NCBI GenBank assembly: GCA_040758355.1
Contig: JBFLWF010000012.1
Coordinates: 1 to 64,000, forward strand
Direction: 5' to 3'
DNA from: Nitrospirota bacterium
GTDB lineage: Bacteria; Nitrospirota; Thermodesulfovibrionia; Thermodesulfovibrionales; Dissulfurispiraceae
Length of the DNA stretch: 64,000 nucleotides
Made by a program: the position numbers and the translations under genes. Numbering within the stretch: the stretch's first letter is position 1; each line of letters starts with the position of its first letter. Shown in pieces: positions 50,030-58,730 of the stretch. The notes beneath the pieces were generated by a model. The model was not told the DNA's origin. It saw only the letters and a program-made list of their open reading frames with translations, and made no database searches.

Positions 50030-50365
50030 TCAACCGGCCTCGACATCGATGGTTGTGCTCGCAGTGTATATCCTGCCGTCTCCATCCCAGACCTCCAGCA
50101 CCACATTACATTTCCCGTATTCGTAATAATGCGGTGGAGGGGTCTTTTCAGAACTCTCTTCTCCGTCTCCAAAGTACCAGTGAAACTTCAAAGGTTCTTT
50201 CAGTTTTCTTATCTTTGGTTCGAGCAGCCACATGGTGCCGCTCTCCGATGTCGGGACAGCAATAATCTCTACCCTGCCAGCCTTCTGTTCTTCAGCAAAG
50301 ACATTCCCCGAGATCACAATGACCGCACTGCATACGACAAAAATATGGAAGAGGATTTTAACCAT
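50030..50365 (-). CDS. Exported small PKD-domain protein (possible UGA read-through to 49964)
   Basis: Signal peptide; FHWYFGDG...PPHYY..G...V.L.V.D PKD pattern. Confidence 0.75.
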   Translation of the reverse strand: MVKILFHIFVVCSAVIVISGNVFAEEQKAGRVEIIAVPTSESGTMWLLEPKIRKLKEPLKFHWYFGDGEESSEKTPPPHYYEYGKCNVVLEVWDGDGRIYTASTTIDVEAG

Positions 50366-50368
50366 AAT

Positions 50369-52141
50369 CTAAAATTCAAACTCGGCTCCAAGAACAACCT
50401 TTGAGGCAGGGTCGGCCTTTTGTCCATTCGCCTGCTGGTAAACTGCCGAAGGAACAAAATACCCAGCTTCTGTAAAACCCCTCAGACGTTTATAGATCGG
50501 GAAATTGAGATCGAGATCTATGCCCCATCCAATATCCCTTGTCTTTTCGGTTGTGAGAGAAGCCCCGCTGCTCCAGTCTATTCCGGGCACGGGACCCCTT
50601 CCTTTATAAACGATCTCTGTTGTCCAGTATCTTGCGAGGGCAATATTCGTTTGAAGGCTCTTAACAGGCTCGAACCCTGCAATTGCCCTGATAAATGTAA
50701 CATTCGCGAGGTTGCTATCCCATAGATAATACCCAGCCCTCAAATCCTCGCTGAATATGTTTCCGAATTTCCTTCTGTCCTTGCATAGAAATAACCCTCT
50801 GAAATTTTTATAATCGCCGTTAACAGGATCGTCAACCTTGTTTCCCGATCCCCTCCCGAACTCCAGACCTGCCGAAAACTTCTTTAAAAAGCCCACATTG
50901 CCGAAATGATAATCGCCCCTCAGCAGAAAGGCATAGGCAGATAAATCCCTTGTATTGGTATACTGACCTGTAAGATAGATTAAGTCAGCCATGTATGAGA
51001 TTCTTTCTCCTTTCCCTGACAGTGCGATGCCGAGCCAGAGAGGTTCAAAACTTCCGTCGCGCGGCGTAGTGTTTAAATTAAAATCCTTATCGAGGTTTAA
51101 ATCAGGGTCGCCAAACTTACCCCTGTCAAATACCTTGAGGACATATGGCTCTATGTTCAAATCCCTCCTGGGCTTTATATTAAAGCTGATGAGAAAGCCA
51201 TCCAGCTTGTTTGCAATGCCGAGGGCAGCGCTCCTGTCTCCGGCAGGCCCTGCTCCGAAGTTGTTGTAATTCCTGAATCCTCCTGCAACAGCTATATATG
51301 TCAAATTCCCTGTGATCCTTCCCATAGGTGTCTGGCCAAAGGGATAAGAGATCTTGAATGCATCCACAGGACCTTCGAGCACTACACCATCATTTCCTGC
51401 CATGACATTTTGCCTGCCTGCCTTCGCAATAAAATCGCCCGTATACTGGACGTAGAGCTCCCTCACTAATGCTGAGTTTACCGTAAGAAACTCTGACCAT
51501 CTGTCGAGGGTGCCTTCGCTGTCTTCCTTCCAGTCAAACACAAAGTTCCCTTTGTCAAAAAGCACTACCCCTGTTATTGGGCCGTAGTCCGCCTCGATTT
51601 TCAACTGAAACCTCTGATCAAAATAGGTAGTGTTGTCGTATGTCCATGCCTGTCTCGGATTGTTGAGATTGATATTATCCTTTACATTCAGCCGCAGTTT
51701 GTATTTCCCTGAAAATGCAAATTTCGTCTTCTCTTTTGCCTCCTCTTCTTCTTTTGCCGTCCTGGCATCTAATTTTCTTTTCCACGTCTCAAGTTCTGTA
51801 AGTCTTCTTCTTGCTTCTTCATCCCTCGCTTTCTGGATATCCGTTTCAACCACCGGCTCGCCCCATTCATCTGCTGCTTCCTTTTTATCCTTTGCTTCGG
51901 CAACTGCAGGCTTTGAAGGAATAGCTGCCGGAGCAGGCTTTTTTTCCTGCAGGAGCCTATTCACCAGTGACTCGAGGTCAGAGACGCGCTTCTCCAGTTT
52001 TTGAATATAGCCCTTTGTCTCATCATCAAGAGGGGAGGCTGCGTATGCCGATAAAGATGATGCTATCAGAGAAAAGACCATAAAGGTTGTTATTAAAATG
52101 TATCTGACAAAAATTATCGTTTTTTTCTTTTCAATGCTCAT
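50369..52141 (-). CDS. Outer-membrane beta-barrel protein with N-terminal coiled coil (alginate-export/porin-like)
   Basis: Signal peptide, coiled coil, alternating beta-strand pattern, C-terminal aromatic (GAEFEF). Confidence 0.75.
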   Translation of the reverse strand: MSIEKKKTIIFVRYILITTFMVFSLIASSLSAYAASPLDDETKGYIQKLEKRVSDLESLVNRLLQEKKPAPAAIPSKPAVAEAKDKKEAADEWGEPVVETDIQKARDEEARRRLTELETWKRKLDARTAKEEEEAKEKTKFAFSGKYKLRLNVKDNINLNNPRQAWTYDNTTYFDQRFQLKIEADYGPITGVVLFDKGNFVFDWKEDSEGTLDRWSEFLTVNSALVRELYVQYTGDFIAKAGRQNVMAGNDGVVLEGPVDAFKISYPFGQTPMGRITGNLTYIAVAGGFRNYNNFGAGPAGDRSAALGIANKLDGFLISFNIKPRRDLNIEPYVLKVFDRGKFGDPDLNLDKDFNLNTTPRDGSFEPLWLGIALSGKGERISYMADLIYLTGQYTNTRDLSAYAFLLRGDYHFGNVGFLKKFSAGLEFGRGSGNKVDDPVNGDYKNFRGLFLCKDRRKFGNIFSEDLRAGYYLWDSNLANVTFIRAIAGFEPVKSLQTNIALARYWTTEIVYKGRGPVPGIDWSSGASLTTEKTRDIGWGIDLDLNFPIYKRLRGFTEAGYFVPSAVYQQANGQKADPASKVVLGAEFEF

Positions 52142-53081
52142 GACGTTTTTCGCTTCCGACTCCATAGAATATGGGGATTTCCTTAACCTTTCCATCACGC
52201 CCCATTACTTTATCCACCTTCCTCTCGCGGGTGTGGCACTCTATGCAGACGAGGCGTTTTAAAAGGGGTTTAAAGGTATAGGGATTTTCTGGATGTACAG
52301 CAGTAAAGAAGGGTATCCCGCCTTCATCTTTTCTCTGTACAAATAATTTCAACGGGCCATAAGGTTGTATTCTGGATTCTCTTATTATCTTTGCCTTTTC
52401 AATGCACTCCTCCATACCCGTTTCACCGACAATTGCCTTTGAAAAACACTCCATTACAGCCTTTTCGTCAACAACAGCCTCTTTAAGTCCTTCCTTAGGC
52501 GCATATGCCTCATGACAGGTTGCACAGGTCATCTTTTTGAGTTCCTTAACTTTCACTACCCTGAAGGTCTGAGGAAATATATCGTTTATAATATTTCTAT
52601 TCAGCCATTTGAGGTCTTCTTTGCTCCTCGTCTTGTTATACTCTGTCTCCGACTTTTTAGTCTCGCTGCCGAAAGCAACAATGCCCTTTAATTGGGAGAC
52701 AAGATTTTCATCCATCAGGAGTCTGTTTATCTCATTAACAACGATGGTCTTTTCATCGCTGTTCAATACTCCGGGCTTAAAACCACTTATGACCATTTTT
52801 GCTTCTGCACTTAATGGCAGAATCTTGAGTTTAGCCTGAAGATTCCTTAAAAAGTCAGGCCAATCCCTTATTTCATCCATGGAAAAATCCGCAGTCCTCT
52901 GGCTCATGGCCTCAAGATGAATGGCATGGGGATGAGGATATTTCTTACCCTGTTTTGTTACAATGCCTCCATCCGTCCACTTTATGGCCTCTGACCATGC
53001 TGTAGCGGCAATCAACCCGAAAGCCATAATGCCGATTGCTGCAATTGATATTACAAGACGGTTTAAGCGACTGTTTCGCAT
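52131..53081 (-). CDS. Periplasmic c-type cytochrome (2 CxxCH)
   Basis: Signal peptide; CATCH and CIECH motifs. Confidence 0.8.
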   Translation of the reverse strand: MRNSRLNRLVISIAAIGIMAFGLIAATAWSEAIKWTDGGIVTKQGKKYPHPHAIHLEAMSQRTADFSMDEIRDWPDFLRNLQAKLKILPLSAEAKMVISGFKPGVLNSDEKTIVVNEINRLLMDENLVSQLKGIVAFGSETKKSETEYNKTRSKEDLKWLNRNIINDIFPQTFRVVKVKELKKMTCATCHEAYAPKEGLKEAVVDEKAVMECFSKAIVGETGMEECIEKAKIIRESRIQPYGPLKLFVQRKDEGGIPFFTAVHPENPYTFKPLLKRLVCIECHTRERKVDKVMGRDGKVKEIPIFYGVGSEKRHEH

Positions 53082-53779
53082 ATCTCCTCTCCTTCCTTAC
53101 AGACCTTTGCATAGAGTTCTGAAACATATTCTTCTTCGCTCTTCATAAACTCTATTATGAAATTGGCAACGGCCTTATAAAATCCGTATTCCGCCCTTTC
53201 GATGATCTTTTCACAGCATCGATACACCCACTTTAAAAGGTGCTCTTCCAAAAACATCTTCTGGAACTCGACACATTTCTGTAGCGATTCAATCCCGGTC
53301 TTTTCCCATGACTCCCTCTCTATCCCGCAAAGAAAGGCCATAAACTCCAATTCCATTCCAAGGTGATCCGGCATCTCGGTGCACTCTTTTAGAATATCCG
53401 CTCCCGCCTTTTCATAAAATTGGCCTACGCTTATGGTAATCCTGCCTCCGAGTTTCTTATCTTTGTCGAGATACACGGCCTCGTGCGGCAACAAATCCGA
53501 CGGAAGAACAAACAAAGCGGTATGATCCGCCTCCAATTCTTCCTTAAGGTTCGGCATCTTCTCGGCCTGCCTTACGAATTCGAACAGTCCCGCGGGATAA
53601 GACTCTATACCTTCGCCGTCTTCGTAATTGTCCTGAAAGACCGACAATATGCTTCCGTCTCTTATCATCGCGATCAAAGAATCCGAAGGCGGCTTAAGAC
53701 AGAGACCCGATAAAAACCTGTATGTCCTTTCCCTTTCTCCAGCTGTTATGGCTTCAAATTCGCTCACTTTAACCTCCAT
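53063..53779 (-). CDS. TorD/DmsD family chaperone
   Basis: PHEAVY, MPDHLGMELEFM, FLEEHLLKW. Confidence 0.9.
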   Translation of the reverse strand: MEVKVSEFEAITAGERERTYRFLSGLCLKPPSDSLIAMIRDGSILSVFQDNYEDGEGIESYPAGLFEFVRQAEKMPNLKEELEADHTALFVLPSDLLPHEAVYLDKDKKLGGRITISVGQFYEKAGADILKECTEMPDHLGMELEFMAFLCGIERESWEKTGIESLQKCVEFQKMFLEEHLLKWVYRCCEKIIERAEYGFYKAVANFIIEFMKSEEEYVSELYAKVCKEGEEICETVA

Positions 53780-53781
53780 CT

Positions 53782-54969
53782 CTATGTCGATGCTTTAATA
53801 AACCCGTTTTGAATAAACGCCATCTGTTTTTTATGCCTGCTCACACATAAAGGGCATATATCCCCGCCGATATCCTGAGATTCGGTATCTCCGGCCGTTT
53901 GAACAAATTCGAACCTGCATATGGAGCAGGTCTTTCTTTCGCTTTCAAAAAGCGTGATCTCCGCGTTCTCCATCAGATAATTCAGCCTTGCCGTCTCTTT
54001 TATTTTTATAGCATTAGGCATGCAGGTCTCCACGCAGACCTTGCAGTTAACACACAATGCCGGTTTAAAGCTCAAATGAAATTTTCCGGCCTCCTGCCTT
54101 TGGGTTAAAGCACCGGCAGGACAGAGCGTAGCACAGACACCGCAGCCGGTGCATCCGGAAGATACCTCAAGCTCCGCAAGTATTGCGCCGGTTGACGGCA
54201 CATGCGTTTCTTTGGAAGACGAAAACCCCTCAAGCGCCTGCATCAGGAGATTCCTTTTAAAATTTTCGGGTTTCTTAGAGATAGCTCCGATAAATGTTTC
54301 TTTCTGCTCTCCTTCGATTCCGACATCTGGAATGGATGTTACTGCCACCTCAGCCGCCTTTGCCCTGAGCGCGGAGAATAATTCCCTCCTCGAAACCGCT
54401 TTCTCCGGCATTTTCGATAAAGGCTGAAGCGATATGTTCTTTATAACAAGCCTGTCCTTTTCTATGCCCGCCGTCTCATAAATAATCGAAACGTTATTAA
54501 TAACCCTGTCGATATTGGTGGAAGCCTTTGAATTCGGACACGCCGCGCATTCGGGGCGCGATATCTCTATATTCAAAACGCCCGCCTTTATAGGCTCAAG
54601 AAGCGTAGCCTCGCTGAGACGTCCGAGGCACGGCACCATAAGGTCGGCGCTGTCGTCTCCACGCTGACATGAAATACGGAATACTTTTGCTTTCTTAGAC
54701 TTTTCTCTTATTTCAGCAACGATCTTTTCATCAGCCGTTTCCTTCATCCTGAAAACGCCGTTTGGACACGCGGAAACGCATACTCCGCAATCTACGCAGC
54801 CTGCTTTTATCTCCGCTCCGTCCTCCGAAATGCCGACAGCGTCCGCAGGGCACGAATCGGCGCAGATCGAACAATCCGATTTCGGCGTCCTGAAACGCGA
54901 ACATAAAGACGCTTCTATCAGGATATGATGATTATTGATAATTTTATCCGCTACTTCTGCAACTCCCAT
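53782..54969 (-). CDS. Multi-[4Fe-4S] ferredoxin-like protein
   Basis: CSICADSCP, CVDCGVCVSACP, CTGCGVCATLCP, CVNCKVCVETC; GAGGTG RBS before ATG 54969. Confidence 0.85.
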   Translation of the reverse strand: MGVAEVADKIINNHHILIEASLCSRFRTPKSDCSICADSCPADAVGISEDGAEIKAGCVDCGVCVSACPNGVFRMKETADEKIVAEIREKSKKAKVFRISCQRGDDSADLMVPCLGRLSEATLLEPIKAGVLNIEISRPECAACPNSKASTNIDRVINNVSIIYETAGIEKDRLVIKNISLQPLSKMPEKAVSRRELFSALRAKAAEVAVTSIPDVGIEGEQKETFIGAISKKPENFKRNLLMQALEGFSSSKETHVPSTGAILAELEVSSGCTGCGVCATLCPAGALTQRQEAGKFHLSFKPALCVNCKVCVETCMPNAIKIKETARLNYLMENAEITLFESERKTCSICRFEFVQTAGDTESQDIGGDICPLCVSRHKKQMAFIQNGFIKAST

Positions 54970-55002
54970 GCTTGCACCTCTCAAAATTAGTTTTCGGTTA
55001 TC

Positions 55003-55039
55003 GGGGACAGTCCCTGTCTTAATAACAGGGACTGTCCCC
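55003..55039. repeat. 15-bp perfect inverted repeat of GGGACAGTCCC type
   Basis: GGGGACAGTCCCTGT-cttaata-ACAGGGACTGTCCCC, intergenic. Confidence 0.85.
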
Positions 55040-55057
55040 TTTGCCTTAAAACCCTTA

Positions 55058-55684
55058 CTACTTCGTATACAGCGTCGACGGCTCCGTGCTTGTCTTCGCA
55101 CCGATGAATCCCAGAGAAACCCTCTCTGCCCGTTTCTCCCTGATGAGTTTTGTAAGGGAGTCTATCTCGCCGAAGAACCTTGTCCTCGCAATACATGTAT
55201 CAACGCAGGCAGGACGGAGTCCTTTCTCTAACCTATGCACGCAGAGCGTGCATTTTTCCATTACCTTTGCCTCGGCATTGAACTGCGGATGTCCGTAAGG
55301 GCACGCCCACGCGCAATACCTGCAGCCGATGCATTTGTCCTTGTTGATAAGAACTATCCCGTCCTCTTTCCTCTTTGTGATTGCCCCGACCGGGCAAGCC
55401 GCCATGCAGGCCGGCTTCCCTCAATGCATACAGGGCATCGGCACAAAGTAGACCCTTAAATCTGGCTTTTCCTTCTGATTTTTAAATTCTCCGACTTCGA
55501 TCTCCATTACCCGGTTGTAATCCACGCCTACGGGAGTATTGTTCTCTCCCTTGCACGCCATGGTGCAGGCATGGCAACCGACGCAGTATTCGAGATCGAC
55601 CCAGAGCGTATACTGCTTAGGACCCGGTTTTTTAAAACTGGCCTCTAAGACTTCATCCGGTACAAAAGTCCCTAATTCCGACAT
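55058..55684 (-). CDS. 4x[4Fe-4S] subunit (DmsB/TtrB/NrfC family) with an in-frame UGA, probable selenoprotein
   Basis: ORFs 55421-55684 and 55058-55405 are in one frame; TGA (55421-55423) gives PCMH-U-GKPAC..ACP, against PCMH-C-GKPAC in the paralog at 45252. Confidence 0.8.
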
Positions 55685-55697
55685 ACCGTCCTCCTTT

Positions 55698-58694
55698 TTA
55701 TAACCTTTCGACCCTTAGAGGCGTACCGAAACTCTGCGTACCACCTCCTATGGGGTCAACCAGCACCCTATTTTTCAAAACAGGGTCGGCCATATAAAGC
55801 GGGTTTATATGGAAACCTGCGCCTACTCTTTCATCATGAGGCTGCTCTTTGCCGTTCATATGCCACTTGCCTTTCGGCGAGCCGGCTCCGAACCTTCCGT
55901 AAGACTGGCACACAGAGAACAACCCCGGCCTTATCCTGCTTGTAACCCTGATCTGGAATTTAAACCAGCCGTTGCCAAGATAGTTTGGATAAAACTGTTT
56001 TATGAGCTTGCGGAAATTTTTGTACATATCCGTCTCTATTTGTCCGCTGGAAGGAGACTTTGCCTTGACCCAGTCGCCTGTCTTAACGCCCAGTCTCTCG
56101 GCATCCGCAGGGTTTATCTCCGCATAGTTCTGAGGCTTGATGGATGCGAGCCACAGGTTGTTCATTGTCCTCGACTGGGTATGGAAGGCTTCCTTATTCG
56201 TGTGAAGCTGCATCGGATATTCATTCCAGATCGCTGGATCAAGGGGCTGCTCTTTGCAGTCAACGATAGTCCTGTACATCGGCAGACCATCCATATACTC
56301 GCCAGTCATAGCGTTTTTATATGTGGAGACCTTTTCGAGGAAAGCAAAGAGTACGCGCACCTGCCTGCCTCCGGGGAATGATGTGTACTCGCCCGAGGAA
56401 TAGTCTTTTGTGTATTGATGTTTTGGCGACGGGTTCTGGAATTTCCCGCCCAGCTTCACAAGACTGCTTTTCGGGTCCAATCCATCCTTAAAGTCTTTGT
56501 GCTTATAATATTCGTTCCAGAACTGCCATGAATTGTTGATATCCACGCCCGGTCCGCCTCCGTCTTTCCCGAATGCAGGAAGACCGCATTCTTTTGAGAT
56601 CATTATGAGAATATCATCAGCCATTTTTGTGTCAGGTCTTATGGGCTTATAATCATGGGTCTTTGGATCGAAAGATCCTACTACAGGCTGTCTTAATGCC
56701 CATACCTGTGTTTTTACCGGCGGGTATGTCTTAAATCCTCCGAGTCTTTCGAGGTATTCGGTATCAGGAAGCACATAGTCGCAAAGCTGGGTCGTCTCTC
56801 CCATATATGCATCTATGGAGAATGTCAAAGGCATTGCCTTCAAATCCAAAAGCGCCTCGATAGTCTCCTGATTATAAGGCATTGTATAGGCAGGGTCGTT
56901 GTAGTAATTGAGATATGCCTTATTCTTGTAAGGATACCCCATTCTCACATTGGAGAAGAAGTTCGGAGTCACGCTTCTCGGAGCGCTATAACCGGAGTAC
57001 CACGGCCTTGAAGCAGTCGGCTTCTTTCCCTGATATGCAGCCTTTGCCGTGTCGGCCCGGATGCCTGAAGGCTTCCGTTTTTCCTTAGCCTTTACATCGC
57101 CTTTATAAGCCGCATGCCCTGAGATAAAACCGCCTTTCCTGTCGATATTGTCAACGAGCATGTTTATGATGCAGAGCGCCTGCCCGTTATACCAGCCGTT
57201 TGACTGCTGGACAGGGCCGCGGAACATCTCGATTGCAGGGCGTTTTGCGGATGTGAATTCCTTTGCGATGTGGGCGATCGTTCCAGCCGGTATATCGCAT
57301 ACGGCATCGCACTCTGCGAGGGTTTTCTCCTGAGCCCTTTCTCTGAGCATCCTGAATACAGTCTTGTACTCAACGCCGTTTAAGACATAGCTTGCATCGA
57401 GGTCTGCAAACCCGTCCGCATCCTGAAACATCTTAGGCTGTCCGCCGACAAGCACCACAAAGTCGCTCTGGCCGAGGCCTGCGTCTTTTCCTGTAAGGTA
57501 CTTCCTCGGCTTGGTCGTGCTGACAAGGTATGTCATGTCCGTCCAGTTCCTGTAGCCCTTTTTCTTTGCGACCTTTTCATTTGGTATGGTAAGGTATTCC
57601 TTTTTATACCCGTTGTTCTCTATCATCCATCTGATCATACCCAACAGGAAATACGCGTCCGTTGTCGGCTTTATAGGAACCCATTCGCCAACGCCGTTAT
57701 GCGTTGCCTTTGCAGCGGCATTCGTAAACCTCGGGTCAACCACGACATGCTTGAAATTCTTTGCATCCGGATTAAGCCTCTTTCCGAATTTCTGCAAATA
57801 CCGGGCCCTCGTCTGCATGGGATAGTCTGCCTGAGTGACATTAGAGCCCATGCTTATCAAGTAATCGCAGTATTCATAATCGCAATAGCTCCCTATTTCG
57901 TAGGGAGGTAAATTCAAATTTGCCTCTACAACAGTGTAGAAGGTGCCGGCGCAACGGCTGCAATGGTTGAGCATATGCGGAACGCCGCAGGCGTCAACGA
58001 CAAACCTCGGCGTCAGAGGCGACTGCTCATTCCTGCCATGCGCCCAGACAAACTGGTTCCTTTTCGGTCCCCATCCGCCTGGGGGAGCTTCGTCCATATA
58101 GGCCGAATCCTCAGGTCCTATGGGCTTATCGTTGCTCAGTATGGATTTCAATCCTTCAACATTACGGTTCTCTTCTCCGGGAACATTCTTGAAGAGATAA
58201 CCGCCGTGGCATATCTCCTTAATAGCCTGATCCCACGAAATGGTCTTCCATTTACCTGATCCCCTCGGCCCAACTCTTTTAAGCGGATGCTGGAGTCTGA
58301 AGGGGCTGTAAAGGGCAAAGATGCCTGCCTGCCCTTTCGGACAGAGCGAACCTACGTCCTTTCCTGTAGGCCCTGCATCGAGGTCTGACTCCTCGACTAT
58401 ATCGCCCTTAGCAGTATAGTCGTAAGTGTTCGGATGGTAAGGATTGCCCGTAAGCCTCGCAAGCTCTCCGTTTACTACCTTTGCCTGAATGCCGCACCCT
58501 CCGTGGCACATAAGGCAGACGCTTCTTACTATCTTCATCTCTCCGTCAACCGGGTCCGGCTGTGAGCCGGACTTGCCTATCTGCTTTTTCCACTCTGCTG
58601 CCTCAACATCTTTGAAATTCGATGCTACCGCGGCAGCAGTAATAGTAGCTGCAGAAAGCTTTAGAAAAGACCTTCTTTTCATCTCGGTATTCAT
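55698..58694 (-). CDS. Tat-exported Mo/W-bisPGD oxidoreductase catalytic subunit (TtrA/SrdA/ArrA-related; substrate unknown)
   Basis: KRRSFLK Tat motif, CLMCHGGC...GNPYHP...LCPKG, ISWDQA, LPDTEYLER; 998 aa. Confidence 0.9.
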   Translation of the reverse strand: MNTEMKRRSFLKLSAATITAAAVASNFKDVEAAEWKKQIGKSGSQPDPVDGEMKIVRSVCLMCHGGCGIQAKVVNGELARLTGNPYHPNTYDYTAKGDIVEESDLDAGPTGKDVGSLCPKGQAGIFALYSPFRLQHPLKRVGPRGSGKWKTISWDQAIKEICHGGYLFKNVPGEENRNVEGLKSILSNDKPIGPEDSAYMDEAPPGGWGPKRNQFVWAHGRNEQSPLTPRFVVDACGVPHMLNHCSRCAGTFYTVVEANLNLPPYEIGSYCDYEYCDYLISMGSNVTQADYPMQTRARYLQKFGKRLNPDAKNFKHVVVDPRFTNAAAKATHNGVGEWVPIKPTTDAYFLLGMIRWMIENNGYKKEYLTIPNEKVAKKKGYRNWTDMTYLVSTTKPRKYLTGKDAGLGQSDFVVLVGGQPKMFQDADGFADLDASYVLNGVEYKTVFRMLRERAQEKTLAECDAVCDIPAGTIAHIAKEFTSAKRPAIEMFRGPVQQSNGWYNGQALCIINMLVDNIDRKGGFISGHAAYKGDVKAKEKRKPSGIRADTAKAAYQGKKPTASRPWYSGYSAPRSVTPNFFSNVRMGYPYKNKAYLNYYNDPAYTMPYNQETIEALLDLKAMPLTFSIDAYMGETTQLCDYVLPDTEYLERLGGFKTYPPVKTQVWALRQPVVGSFDPKTHDYKPIRPDTKMADDILIMISKECGLPAFGKDGGGPGVDINNSWQFWNEYYKHKDFKDGLDPKSSLVKLGGKFQNPSPKHQYTKDYSSGEYTSFPGGRQVRVLFAFLEKVSTYKNAMTGEYMDGLPMYRTIVDCKEQPLDPAIWNEYPMQLHTNKEAFHTQSRTMNNLWLASIKPQNYAEINPADAERLGVKTGDWVKAKSPSSGQIETDMYKNFRKLIKQFYPNYLGNGWFKFQIRVTSRIRPGLFSVCQSYGRFGAGSPKGKWHMNGKEQPHDERVGAGFHINPLYMADPVLKNRVLVDPIGGGTQSFGTPLRVERL

Positions 58695-58730
58695 GCTTTC
58701 CTCCTCCTTTTTGTTATTAACATAAAGTTT

